Made by a program: the position numbers and the translations under genes
NCBI GenBank assembly: GCA_013265495.1
Contig: MU058153.1
Location: 62,001-126,000 of the forward strand
Source of the DNA: Vicugna vicugna
Lineage: Eukaryota
Length of the DNA stretch: 64,000 bases
Reading direction: 5' to 3'
Notes under the pieces: model-generated
The model's input: only the letters and a program-made list of their open reading frames with translations
Told to the model about the DNA's origin: nothing
Databases searched by the model: none
Shown here: positions 51,316-64,000 of the stretch, in pieces
Layout of the letters: every line of letters begins with the position of its first letter
Numbering within the stretch: position 1 is the first letter of the stretch

Positions 51316-52239
51316 TTCTTCAATATAGAATCTCTGCTACATTAAGTAGGATTTGGGAGGCAGGGTTATTAAAAGCAAATGATCAAGCCCTTCCCTCTCA
51401 TTATGGATCTGTCCTCAGGGGACAAGATTTGTGGTGGCGGAATCATGGATAGATTCACAGTAGGGGAAAGCCAAGAGAGGACAACATTATGCCAGAGATT
51501 ATTTTAATAAAATAGACTCATTGTGGAGATGGAGTGCACATTTCATAATGATTCATTTACTTCCGGCTTACATTCATCACACCCCCTACTAGTTGAGCTG
51601 CCTTTCATTATAACAGTCTGATCTCTTTAGCCCAGCCCAGCCCAGCCACTACCTTTTTCAGCTCTACGGGCAGTGAAAATAAATATCTCTGTGCTTTTCC
51701 AACTGTCACATAGCAAAGTGGTCCATTATTTAGTTCTGTAGGCAAGTACCACGAACCTCGGGTCTCAAGCAGAGGAAGTTATTTCTGGGATTACATCATC
51801 AATGAGAGAGCCTTCAAAGCCATTTCCTCTAATATGCCATTCACCTGATGCCACATTAACAGGGAGCAGGGGCACTTCTGCAACCTAAAAGGGTGGCGTG
51901 TTACCACGAGGGCTCCCCGATCCACAAAGAACTTCTCTCTGCGGAGCCTTGTTCTTCAGGTGAAAGCAGTGATTTCAGGAAGGTGAGCTTTTTTGGAACA
52001 TACGGAAAATCAGACTCATTTCCAATGAATAAGAAAAGAACCAGAATATATGCACCCCAAGGGAAGAGTACAGGGCTTTTATGCTCTGCTGCAGCCTGAG
52101 TACTTTTTAAAGTCCCTACACCAGGTAGGAGATCCAATAAATAACGAATGAATGAAAGAAGGAACGAATGAACACTTGCACACGCTCCCAAGGGTTGAGG
52201 CTTGGCAGGTATTGAAAACTGACTCAATATACACAATTA

Positions 52240-52470
52240 TGTATTGCATCACTTACATTAGATTGCACTCTATACATTTAATCCTTTAACAGCCCTGTGA
52301 GGGAGGCACTATTATTAACCCTTATTTAGAAACGTGGAAACCTAACGCCGGAGCTGTAAGTTAGATAGTTAAATGCACATAACTGATCATTGATAGCTGA
52401 ACAACGGACTTGATGCTAAGCTCACTACAGCTCCAAAGCTCCTGCTTTCAACTATTACGATACTCTGTTT
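52240..52470 (-). mobile_element. MIR SINE
   Basis: 'catttaatcctttaacagccctgtgagggaggcactattattaaccc'. Confidence 0.7.
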
Positions 52471-52741
52471 AATTTTGGGGGAAAAAAATCCAGAAGGCTA
52501 GTAGTATTTTTCTGTATCTTAACAAAACAACAGATGAAGTTACCAGAGTTCATAGCAGAATCTGGACTTGAACTCATCAGTCTGTCACTGAAGCCCTTTC
52601 CTCCACCCCGCCTTTCCTTCCTATGTGTTCACCTCTGCAAGGCAAGCACTGCGCTCAGAGGGGCTGGTCATCTTCCAGCTCTGCCTGATGCCACCCTCAT
52701 TCCTAACTCTGTGGCCTTGAACGTGGCCTTGAATTCATTTC

Positions 52742-53232
52742 CCATTCCTACTACTCTGGCAAAATACCACAAACGTAGTGACTTGAAACAACTCAAATTT
52801 ATTATCTGACTATTCTAGAGGTCTTAAATTCCAGCTCAGTCTCACTGGGCTAAAGCAAAGCTGTCAGCAGGGCTGGCTCCCTCCGAGGCTGTGGGGGACA
52901 GTGTGTTTCCTGGCCTTGGCTGGCTTCCGTGTGCCTTCTTTGACTTGTGGCCCTTTGCTCCACCTTCCAAGCCAGTAACACAATGTTATCACATCTTCTT
53001 CACTGACTGCTTCTGTCTTTACATCACCTCCTCTGACTCTGACTCTCCTGCCTCCCTTTTCTACGGAGGCTTGTGATTGCGTTGAGGTCACCCAGGTAAT
53101 CCAGGGTAATCTTCCCAGTGCAAGATCCTTAATTGAATCACACCTACAAAGTCTCTTTTGCCATGTAAGGTAGCATTATAGGATCTGGGGATTTAAACAT
53201 GGACATCTTTCCGGAGCCATTAGTCAGCTATA
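52742..53232 (-). mobile_element. MLT1D-like MaLR solo LTR
   Basis: 'aaataccacaaacgtagtgacttgaaacaactcaaatttattatc...gcaagatccttaattgaatcacacctacaaagtctcttttgccatgtaagg'. Confidence 0.85.
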
Positions 53233-54117
53233 GAGAGTTGTATGTGATCTCATCTGGAATATCTTTGCTTTTTCCTTGGTTCTTTCCCTTCAATTTATCT
53301 AAAGCATCATCTCCCCACTCCTGGGATTGTATTAATAATATATCCATTATCTAATAAAGACAAAGAACCATAGTCCAGATGTTTTTCATGGCAGTATTGT
53401 TTATGCTTGACAAGTCTGGGTAGCCACATCAGTATCATTTAATTAGAGACTCTGTAGTTCTTGAGGTGATATGAAAGTAATTATGGAAGATGAAGACTGG
53501 CCTGTATTTTAAGTAAAAGAAGGAGAATACAGAATAGTGCCAGCCTTGTAATATGCATGCATTTGAATAAGTCTAGAAGAAAATACAGAAATGTGAATTT
53601 ACTTTACAAGTAATTATGAGCACGTTTATTTAACTTTCTGCAGTATTGTTATCTTATTTTCAGATTCCTACTTCCTCCATGTTGAGTTCCATCAGCTTCC
53701 TAAATTCAAACATCAGTCTTCTCTAAATTCTGCTTTAAAAAGTGTATCCAAAAGTCTAGCTCACTTACAGTATCACATGCAGGATTCATTCCTACCCAAC
53801 TCAATTGTATGTTTTGGATTCCCAACCCACTTAGCATATAACTGAACATTCAATAAAAGGTCTATAAATTATATCGAATTCAAATCTTGTGGAATGTGTA
53901 CTATGCATGTCACCAGGTGTCCTCCTTTGCTGGGGCTAGAACAATTTATGTCTGTCTCTCTGTGGGAATTACTGAGTGCCTCTTTCACTCACAAAGATAT
54001 CCTGATTTGAACGATAAGATAAATTGCTCCGCTAAATATGTATCAAGTTGGTCTTGGTAATAACAGTAAGCCATGGTTCCTAATCTCAACGAAAGAGCAC
54101 TAGAAAGTTTGAGTCAG

Positions 54118-54757
54118 TGTAGCAGGCAGAATGGCTCCCCTACCCCCAAGCGCCCACATCTTAATCCTGTGAGCCTGTGAATATGTCACACCACATGGCA
54201 CAGAGGAATTAAGGTTGCCAATGGGATTAGATTGCTAATCAATTGACCTTAAAATGAGAGATTACCCTGGATAATCTGGGTGTGCTCAGTGTAATCACAA
54301 GGGTCCTCAAATGGGGAAGAAAGTTAGAAAAGAATAAGAGGGAGAGACAACTATGGAAGAGACACAGAGAGATGCAACATTGCTGGCTTGGAGATGACGG
54401 AAGGGCACTGAGAGCCGAGGACCACGGGTGGCCTCCAGAAGCTGGAGGAGGTGAGACAGCAGATTCTCCCTGGAGGAGAAACAGCTCTGCCAACACAGTG
54501 CTTTTAGTCCAGTGACACCCATGGTGGACTTCTGACCTCTAGAACTGCAAGACAACACATTTGTCCTGTTTTGTTTTTTGTTTTTTGTGTTTTTTTAGAT
54601 AATTACATTTATTTATTTTTTATATTTATTATTGGAGGAGGTACCGGGGATTAAACCCAGGACCTCATGCTTGCTAAGCTTGTGCTCTACTGCTTGAGCT
54701 ATACCCTTCCACCATTTGTCCTGTTTTAAGCCACAAAATTTGCCATCACTTGTAGAG
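54118..54757 (+). mobile_element. MLT1D-like MaLR solo LTR, interrupted by a SINE
   Basis: 'tgtagcaggcagaatggctcccc...gagattaccctggataatctgggtg...ggacttctgacctctagaactgcaaga...ttttaagccac'. Confidence 0.85.
54573..54712 (-). mobile_element. tRNA-derived SINE (Vic-1-like) with perfect 15-bp TSD
   Basis: TSD CATTTGTCCTGTTTT at 54558-54572 and 54713-54727; antisense A-rich tail; TTTT/AA L1-endonuclease site. Confidence 0.9.
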
Positions 54758-55429
54758 CCTTTTTTTGGATGATAACAATAACAAATAATGACAGGATAGA
54801 ATGTTCAAGTAGGAAAGCTTTAATTGCTGAATAATTAAGAACTGATAAAGGGAAAGTAAGGACTACACCTATTTAACCAAGGCAAGCCAATCTGCAAGAG
54901 TCCTCAGAGACATCTGATGATTCCAGAAAGAACCAGCCTAGTCCAAGGGCTGCTTTGACTCAGTACAGCCATTTCTCTGACTAGAAATGGCACCATGTTT
55001 CGTTCACGTCCCAGGGGAGTAAGAGCGATTATAAAGGATTCTAGGCGAGCGGTGTCATACGTGCTATGTGTCTGATCAGAGCACTTACTCGGGTATGGTT
55101 GCAGCTGGAGATAAAAGCTGAAATGACTGCTCCTTGTGGGAAGAGGAGCTGCAGTGGAGGAAGCAACTTCCACTCACCGAGCAGGCTTTTCATCTTGCCC
55201 CTTTCCCAGATACACGGACAGTCTCCTCTTTGAGTGAGGGGATCTGGACTCTGATCTCCATCCTACAAGATAGGTCACCCACTTTCTCAGTGAACTCGAT
55301 CAGTAGTCAAAAGAAACGAGTGCTTCAAATAAGAAAAAGAAAGAAACTGATATTCGTAAGATCTTGTGCTGGGTCCTTTATAGACTCTCTCTCAGTCAAC
55401 ACACATGACACCCTGAGGCATAGATTTTT

Positions 55430-56010
55430 ATATTAGGACTCTCTCTGTTGCAAGTGACGGTGCCATAGCATAAGCTCTGTTAGGCATATTTGGAACTGAG
55501 GATTTCATGCAGCTGAGAATTCTAGTAGTGTTAGAGACATTAAGAAACGTGAGTTTTGGGGGCAATAGTAGCTCAGTGGTAGAGTGCGTGCTTAGCACGC
55601 ACAAGGTCCTGGGTTCTATCCCCAGTTCTTCCATTAAAGAAGAAAAAAACCAATATGAGTCTTGAATGCTTTCCTTTCTGCCTCTCTCTACCTCTCTTTC
55701 CCCTCTCTTTCTCTGTATGAGGTAGCATTTTTCCATGCACTGCAGTGTGGAATTGGCAACTCGGGCTTCTAGGTTTAAGAAGCTCGAAGGATGCTGGTTG
55801 GCCTGGCTTGGGTCATGTGAGCATCCGTGGACCCATCTTTGTGACTAAGGACATGGATACTAAGATTGGTGAAATCTACATCACCTGAGCAATCCTATAA
55901 CAAAGGCCGAGAGGAAGGCTGGAATGGACAGGCCCGTGGAGAGCATGTTAAGTGGGGGAGGGGCAGTTTCCCAAAGAAAACAATGCTCTGCTAAACAGAA
56001 GAGAGAGGAA
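55430..56010 (-). mobile_element. Old MLT1-like LTR nested in a MIR and interrupted by a SINE
   Basis: 'ttaggactctctctgttgcaagtgac', 'gatgctggttggcctggcttgggtcatgtg', 'gggcagtttcccaaagaaaa'. Confidence 0.6.
55558..55650 (+). mobile_element. tRNA-derived SINE (Vic-1-like)
   Basis: GGGGGCAATAGTAGCTCAGTGGTAGAGTGCGTGCTTAGCACGCACAAGGTCCTGGGTTCTATCCCCAGTTCTTCC plus A-rich tail. Confidence 0.85.
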
Positions 56011-56769
56011 GACTGCTGAACGAGCTGATGTGCAGAAATGTTAGTTAGAGTATAATTTCCCCATGTAGAAATGAGTAAATGACGTATGCAAGAGGTTTAA
56101 TTGTGTTTTTAACAATCACACAGCTAATACACACGTGACAGGTGGGAATCCGAGCCCAGTTCAATCTGATGCTAAAGCCTGTCCTCCTCCCGCTTTGGGC
56201 CCTGGGCCACTGCAGTGCTCACAGACCCTGGAAAGGAATAGCTTTTCTTCAACATTAGAATTGATACATTTAATTTATAACAGAACTAAAAATTGCACTA
56301 TCAAGTTGTAGAAATGATTATTTGGGGACTATAAAATGTCTGTTTCCTGGGAAATTGTTTAGCAAGGAGCATGGCTTTCATTGTCTTTTAAAATATTTTA
56401 AAAGGGACATCACAATCTTTTAAGGCCATTAGAGGAGTCTTTTAGTGGTTTAAAATGGTTTTTCACATGGTTTAAAAATGTTTTTTTCTCACCTTGGTAG
56501 CTCATCATCAAAAAAATACTGTAAGTGTTCAAATGGGGTAAGAAAAATCTTTCATTCCTACACAGTGCTAACAGGATTTCAAATTGGTCCACCTTTTGGC
56601 ATGGAGAAATTTAGCCAGAGGACTCAAAATTCTAAGAAAAAAAAAATTACAATCAGACTAGCACATAGTTTTGTTTCACGGATTCTTCAATGTGGTAGAG
56701 ATAGTGGGATGCATAGAAAACGTTCCAAACATCAAGTTATAGGGGACTGGCTCAATAAATTATGACAAT

Positions 56770-57050
56770 GATAGTACCTAATATTTGTTGAACTCAAGCA
56801 ATGTGCTAAATATTATGCATACTATTCAAGGCAGTTTTTAAATCTCATTTCATTCTTGCAATCAACAACCTACAAATTAGATATTACTATTATGTCCATT
56901 GTCTTCCTGCTGAGCAAAACAAACAAACAAAACCTATGATTTGGAGAGAGTAAGCTGAATGTCAAGAATACTTATCTCCTAATTAGCAGAGCCTGGACTC
57001 ATATCCAGGTTTATCTGACTCTCAAACTCATGCTCTTAACCACTATGCAA
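56770..57050 (-). mobile_element. MIR SINE between old L1 fragments (~56660-57400)
   Basis: 'gcagagcctggactcatatccaggtttatctgactctcaaactcatgctcttaaccactatgc'. Confidence 0.7.
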
Positions 57051-59999
57051 TGTTCTTATGTATCTATTCAATGGAAGAATATTCTGTGATTTCAAAAAAA
57101 GAAAAAAATATAGATCCATTTAAACATCAAAAAGTATTTGTGAAAATTATGAGGTTAAAAAATGCAGGTGCTAAGAGTGCATATTAGAACCCTTGTTTTA
57201 TTTTTTAATTAATGTTTACTGATAATAAATTTATATTCATGAATTCATTAGGCATTATTATTTTTATGTAATGAATACAGGCCATTTTTACATTCCTGAT
57301 TTGATTTTTCTGTAGTGAAGGAATTATTTACCATAAGCATGAAATACTTTTTTTTTTTTAATTATAAGAGTAAATCAATGATTTCCATTTTGGAAAAGAA
57401 AGGACAAAATTGTCTTGTCCATCGTTTCTCAACTCATTCTGTCTACCTTGATGATTCATTTTATAAGATACTCTAGTCATTGGGATTTAGGGGCTTTGCT
57501 CTTTGTGCCCAAAACTTCCCAACAGGAAAGATTTGATATGTAGAGTAGGCACCTAGTTAACAGGATAACAAAATAGAATTCCTATAGTGGAGGACTCCAG
57601 CTTATAACTGAATCTTAATGCTGGGGAAACATCAGCAAGAGCTAAAAATAATTTTTCAAAAATGAGCTAATCAAACATTTTTCAACCTCCAGAAAGATTC
57701 TGGCAAATTATTAGCCTTCCTGCTTAATCCCCTGCTGAATTCATATCTTGCTAATCCTGTGCTGTTCCATGAATGATTGCAAAGCTCTGACTCACTAATG
57801 CTCCAATATAAAAAACAATTATTATGATTATTTCTTTGAACAAGAGTACTTTTGAAAAATTGCAAAATATCCCTCTGTATTTTAAAAATGGAGGAAAAAC
57901 TGTAAAATGAAAATTATTCAAAAATCATAAAACAGTTTTAATTGGATCATTTATTAAATTCTGAGACAAGTTTGAAGAAGCTTCTGTCTTTTCTGTTTCT
58001 GAAATTATAAAGGGAAGTTCTGAGTTGTTTCTGGCCTCCTTCTTCTAACTGTTAGGAAGACCAAACACATCCAAAGTCAACACCTTCCACGGACAGACAA
58101 CTAATGGATGGGAAACATGTTTTTTTCATGATATAAGAAAGCTTTCAAACAAGATGTCCAGATGAAGTATGGGTTTTGGATTTTACAGTGACATTCCACA
58201 ACAGTCATCCTCTCTGACTTCAGTCCATTTTTCTCCCTCCTGATATTGCAAGTCCGCGGGGATTCTTGCCCCAAATCTTTGAATAACAAAGTAGCTTTTA
58301 AAATGCTCTTGAAGTTTTTGGCCTAGTTGTTAAATCTGCTGCCATCATTTGGTGACAAGTGAAGAGAAGAGCAAGGGCATTCATAGCTCTCAAAGCTCAG
58401 CTCCTAATTATATTCATAAAGGGGCTGAAAACCCCCCTCTGTTTTTTCTTTAACATCCATGCAGTTCCCAATACCAGTGTGCATAATACATGCCTTTTCT
58501 TTTACAAAAATATAAGTGCTCCACCCCTAAGCAACAGAATGAATCATATTGTACTTTGAGATGCGTGATCAACTTTGAGATATGTTGATGTAAGAAAAGG
58601 AACGTACAATAGACTGAGCTGACAACTTCTGATAAGATGGAAGTAATGACAGAGGGTAAGGTCCATAGATTACAGCTTTCAAACCTGAAGGGTCTGCAAC
58701 CACTCCCTCTGCTTTGTGATTTCCTGTCCACCAAGGTTCCTCTCAACTCTTGACTTTCCTACCATAGACATTTCTTTGCTATCTAGACATTTCCTGACCT
58801 CACATACGCAGCACTGGGAAAATAGTTCCATTGCATCGAGGTGTTTGTAATAGAGCAAGAGCATAATCAAATCACTGAAAATCGGCTCTGAAAGGAACTT
58901 TGGTGCTGACCCCCTATTTTAGAGATGTCAAAACCTGTAAATGTAACCATTGCTCCCAATCTTTGATAAATTCAGGACTAAAACCAGTATCTCCTGATCT
59001 TCAGCCTTACCACCCTCTTTTCGTTTCCTCCTTGTCCTGCTGATACACAACATGCTAATAGTCATTATAATGAAACATGTTATAATCAGCTTATCAATTT
59101 GGAAATCCTAACTGCATACAACTGGCACACTGATCACTTTATTACATCTGCAAATGTACACACAATGTACACTTCTTAAATGACCAGACTGAAAGGAGAA
59201 ATCTCCCATGTTTTCATATCTCGACTCCTGAATATGGCATTGAAATTGCACACTTATTCCAGAATTTTCCAGCATGTAGAAGGAAGGAGTTTTCCTTGTG
59301 TATGTAGTGGAAACCAGAATGTGAAAAGAAAGCAAGTGAGGGGAGGCAGGGATCTACATGGGCATTTTAGACTCGACGAAAGGATAGATGTCCAAGACCA
59401 TGAACTCTGGGGACATTTCGCTGGTTCATCAGGTCACTTTTCACTGAGCTATTTCCACTCCCAGCCCCACTTGGATTAGAATCACAAGTTATCATCATTA
59501 GGAATAATAAGCTCTTTGATCTTGTATCATCATATATCATGAAAATAGATAAAGAAGGAAATTTTATGAATGGACAATCCAAGGGAGAAATAAAACTTTA
59601 TTTCTAGAATATAAGTTCTTTACTGTTATCAGTTGCAATACAAAAACCTATGAAACAAAGATCTTAAAATATTTATGAATCATATGGACCTACTAACAGA
59701 TAAGCATTTTTCATCTGGCCATTTTAATAGTCAGTGGAAAATATACTGTGAAAAGTTGGATTCATACAGCAAAATGATAGCCCCGGGAGAGGACTATGAA
59801 TAAGTCCACTGTCTTTAAACCTGCTAACCTTTCTATATATAAAAGATTGCAGAGTGTACGTTTCTATTATACCCATATAATTCTACATGTCAGAGACTCT
59901 CTTTTTTCTCTTATTAGTCTTAATAGAAATTTTGAAATCAAGAAATCTAGAATAAATTATGGATTCCTGGCCTGTGTGTCTATAAGGAAAGAAACCTCT

Positions 60000-60380
60000 T
60001 TTTGAAAAGCCCTTCATAAATAAATTCAGTATTAGTTAGATCATAATGGAATGTTTAATAAACCATTATACATTTAACTGATGATTTTACAGACATTAAA
60101 AATCATATTTTTGAAGTATTTTAAAGAACATAACCAAAAGCAACATACAAAAACTATCTGATTATAATTTTATTAATGATAAACAAATATTTATATTTTG
60201 TAGAAAGAGAACTTTTATAAAAACTCCAAAACAGTAATGTTATGATTGTCTGTATGATTATGAGTAAGTTTCACTTTTTCTTTCTTTCTTTCTATATGTA
60301 TATACATATATATAAATTATTTTTTTTCTGCAATAAAAAGACTTTACTGTTAAGGGGAAAAAATGAATGCCATTTTTAAA
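60000..60380 (+). mobile_element. Degraded L1ME-like 3' fragment
   Basis: 'atgattttacagacattaaaaatcatatttttgaagtattt', 'gattatgagtaagtttcacttttc'. Confidence 0.45.
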
Positions 60381-61329
60381 AAGGTCCTATAGAGAAATTT
60401 TTTTCTTTTTCTTTATCTAATGCATTGCTAAAAGCATTTCCATATCAGTTCCATCCACTCTATCTTGCAAAACAGGGAGGAAAATGCCTCTGTAATAAAT
60501 GAAGACAGCAAACAACGAAATGTGGCCAAATCCATAAATCCCTTTGCTTAGCAAAGCAATTTTTGCGGCTGCAACAGTTGGAATCAATTACTGTAGACTT
60601 TCATATTGTAATGTCGGCTGAGTCTCAACTCCAGGAGCTGGAGCTTGGGAAGAAGTCACTTGCACTGAGCAAAGGGGCTCAGAAGAAAAGACCAGTCTGA
60701 TCAGAAATGACTTCATTTCACGAATCATTGTGCTCTTTACCCTGTGCTTGAAGATAAGCAGTTCAGGTCGGGTCATGATATAGCGGTCTCTTAAGATGCT
60801 GCCGTCAATGTCTAATTAGCGTGGCTCTCAAAAGCCTCAGCTCAGCTCATTCTTTCCTCACTGGGCTTACAGGAAAGGAAGGTGTGCTTTTCTCTGCTGT
60901 CAGCATTGTTAGTTACTCCAGTCCTGTGCTATATATACCCTGTTACAAAAGGGAGTTTATTTTTGGCTCAGAAAACTCAATGAGTAGGAATTTGGCCAAG
61001 ATAATATCTCTGAGTCAACAATAGAACAACCTTCTAATGCTCAGGATCCACAGACAGACCATCTCTGATGTTTTACTTTTGCAAAACTTTATTTGCATTG
61101 CTTTTGCAAAGCAGTGTACACAGCTTGTCATCGAGGTCTTAAAATTCTTTCATTGCAGGAGTCATCAGGTTATTTGAATTCCGAGAAATGTTGCTTCTAG
61201 TAATAAGTGCCTTTCTTTGGTCCTGGGGAAACAATTAGGCATACAACGCCTACAAAGAACTGCTCATAATGAGCCAACCCAGGTAAGTGACTAAGACAGC
61301 AGTGTAGAGGTCCCTTCTAACCTACAGAC

Positions 61330-62180
61330 GCTTACATCTCATGGCCCACTAGAAGCCTCCACCTGAATGCCTCATACGCCAAGTCAAATTAACATGCTAA
61401 ACACTGAACTCTTTCTTTTTTCTCATTTTATTGTGGTAAGAACACTTAACATGAGATCTGCCCTCTTAACAAATTTGTAAGCACACAATGCAGTAGTGTT
61501 AACTGTAGGCACGGTGCTGTACAGCAGATTTCTGAAACTTTCTCATCTTGCATAACTGAAACTTTATGCCCATTGGTTAGCAACTGCCCATTGAACTCTC
61601 GATCCCCTATTCTGGCGTTTTACCTATTTCAGTGAAGGTTCTTTATTATCACTTAAGCAAGTGACTTGGAATTCCTGACAACTTCCCTTTTGTAAGCACC
61701 TACATCTCATTTACCAGCAAGACATTCTGATTCTACCTCTAAGATAGGTGTAATGGCTGACCCCTTTCCTCCAACTCTGTCTTCTTGGTTCATGTCACCA
61801 TGGTAGCCTCTTTAACTATATTGTTGGACATGCATTCTTCCTCCACTCTGATCATTCCCCATACAGCAGCCAAAGGGCTTATTATAAATCATGGTACAGC
61901 TTCAACCGTTGGCCACAACCATCAATGTCTCCTCATTGCATGTAGATTAAGACCCAGATTCTTTACTGTATGGCCCATTGTGTCTTGATCTTTACCTGCT
62001 TCCCCCATTTAAAACTCTTCCATTGCCACACTCCAGTCATCTTCAAACACAGCAGTGTTTTTTCCAGCATTAAGGCTCTTCTCTGTGTGAGTCTATGCCA
62101 CTAAGGTTTTCCTGGCTTAGCATTTTCCTGCCCTTGAAATCACAGCCAAAACATCACTTTCTAGACACAGCCTCCACTGA
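61330..62180 (+). mobile_element. L2 fragment interrupted by L1MA
   Basis: 'ctccacctgaatgcctcatacgccaagtcaaattaacatgctaaacactgaactc', 'cacctacatctcatttaccagcaagacattctgattctacctc'. Confidence 0.7.
61413..61591 (-). mobile_element. 5'-truncated L1MA8/9-like 3' end with 8-bp TSD
   Basis: 'ttattgtggtaagaacacttaacatgagatctgccctcttaacaaattt...catcttgcataactgaaactttatgccc'; TGAACTCT at 61405-61412 and 61592-61599. Confidence 0.85.
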
Positions 62181-63074
62181 GTAAGTGAATACTTCTCCAA
62201 GGGCAAACTTGGCATGGAGCTGTGGAGGAGCCTCCTTATAGACTTGCACAGACTTGGAACCTCTCTTGAGTTCCTGCCTTAGCTAACCCAGTTCCCAGCA
62301 CTCCCACACCAGTGGTATGGCTTGGATAAGTTCTTGGACTAATTACCCTTCCAGGATAGTTCAAATGTGACTCCTCTTGGTGTTAGTAATAATTTATGAC
62401 TCTTATTGTGCCACAAGTCAAACTCAGTGGCTCAAGAAAAGTACAAACTTTGTATACAAAGCATGGGTTACTTTATAGGGTCCTTATTTTTTCAAAAGTG
62501 GGGCGGAGTGTTGTCTTAATGGCTCAGTTATACTACGTTGAAGCATAGGAATAAATCCAGATTGTGCTTTAGCACCTGCTGAAAGCCAGGCCTCGATGCT
62601 ATCTAACATGTGATGCACTGTCATAAGTCACCCTTACGGAAGACGCTACTTGGAGTAACACAACATGCAGGGGCTCACGCAGGCAGTGCCTGTGGACGTG
62701 GACATATTTCCATAGTGTGTTTCCCTCCTGTATTATTTCACCTCCTACGCTACTTACATATTTATAGAAGCCTCTGGTGATTCTTAATGATGTTGTTCAG
62801 TTTAGTTTCTTAATAATTTCCTTGGTTTTATGCTAACGTTCCTGCTGTTGATTGTTCTCTTATTTTAATTATGCTTCATTCTAAGCGGCACTTCTGGGAG
62901 TGGGCTGAAGTTTTCACTGCAGTGTATTACAAATGAAAATGATTTTTAAAATCCCACGAAGTGTAAAATGCCAACCATTTGCACTTTGGCAGGGGTAGGT
63001 GGGTAGGGCCTTATCAATACTGGGAAAGTTACATTTCTTGGCTATAGGGATTGATGGCCAACTCTAGTAAGTTA

Positions 63075-63340
63075 GCTAATAAAAATGATGGCGGCTAACA
63101 TGTGTTGGACATGAACTGCAGGCAGAGACTTGGTTAGGTGCTTTACGTTGATTCTTTCATTAAATCCTCACCACAACCCTCTGAGGCCTAAGTTATTAAT
63201 GTGCCCATTGGACTCACATGGAAACAGAAGCCTAGAGAATTTCAGACTTGTGTCCAGAGACATGCATAGCCAAGCAGTGGTGAGAAAGGAGGCCTCTTCT
63301 GACTCCACAGCACATGCTTTTAACCACTCTGCTCTGCTTT
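63075..63340 (-). mobile_element. MIR SINE
   Basis: 'tcattaaatcctcaccacaaccctctgagg...gactccacagcacatgcttttaaccactctgct'. Confidence 0.8.
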
Positions 63341-63554
63341 CTTTCAAGTTAAGGGAAATATCAATCCATCATAAATGTTAGAAGAGAAAAACACACCTAT
63401 CACTCCAATCTTTTTCTTGCTTATAAGCACGGGGGATTTTTTTTTTAATCATTTTGTTGTTTAAGGATTAAACATTTAAGAAGAGATAGTTGCAGTGTTC
63501 AAGGCTAAAGAGAAATCAAATCATTCTTACCCAAACTTGGATAAAATATTATGT

Positions 63555-63800
63555 TCAAAAGAACGTAACTTTGGAATCACAGAGTCCTGATTTTGAATGC
63601 TGTATTCCTATATACAGGACACCGGGCATCTACTTAAACTCTCTGAATTTCGACTCCTGTCTCTGTAGGTGGAATTAATAACAATAGTTAGATAAATAGA
63701 TGATAGATGGGTACATAGATAGAGATTGTAAGCACCAGATGCAGTAATACATAGACAATGCCTCACACAGTGTCTGTCATGTATTTGCCTAATCATTATT
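63555..63800 (+). mobile_element. MIR SINE with degenerate (GATA)n
   Basis: 'ctttggaatcacagagtcctgattttgaatgc...tacttaaactctctgaatttcgactcctgtctctgtagg'. Confidence 0.65.
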
Positions 63801-64000
63801 ATTCTCCCCTATGCTCTATTTCTGTTTCTATTCATAGAACTATAAGCAAATAATTCCTTATTTTTTCTCTTTTAGACATCACCTAAGACCAATAAATGTC
63901 CTTGGGGCTGACCACCAATCACTTCATTGGCCCCAACAATCAACTTCAACTGTTGGTCTCCTTACTATCCCTTTAATTTATCAGGCACACTCCCTACCTG

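Noticed and set aside
59180..59582. Opposing ORFs of 99 and 71 aa
   Set aside because: No recognisable family, coding-like composition or splice support.

Overview
This is AT-rich, CpG-depleted mammalian non-coding DNA, intergenic or deep intronic. It is most likely camelid (camel/alpaca/llama), because it carries four copies of a short tRNA-derived SINE resembling camelid Vic-1 and an artiodactyl-type L1 3' end. I cannot support any protein-coding gene: the supplied ORFs are short, and many are translations of L1, L2, MLT or MIR relics. Much of the window is recognisable transposon debris: L2, MIR, L1, MaLR/ERVL/ERV1 solo LTRs and small DNA transposons. Repeat family names come from my recall of consensus sequences, not from a search, and the boundaries of old repeats are approximate. 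I found no evidence for a novel multi-gene system. The strongest directly visible oddity is a complex repair scar at 21038-21294. It is a ~95-bp tandem duplication whose second copy contains a 54-bp segment copied from 1.9 kb upstream, extended by fold-back synthesis into a perfect 21-bp hairpin, with microhomologies at the junctions. Other notable items are an L1MC1-like element with both termini but multiple internal deletions, a CpG-retaining old L1 5'UTR, and a palindromic homeodomain-motif-rich element in a repeat-poor block.
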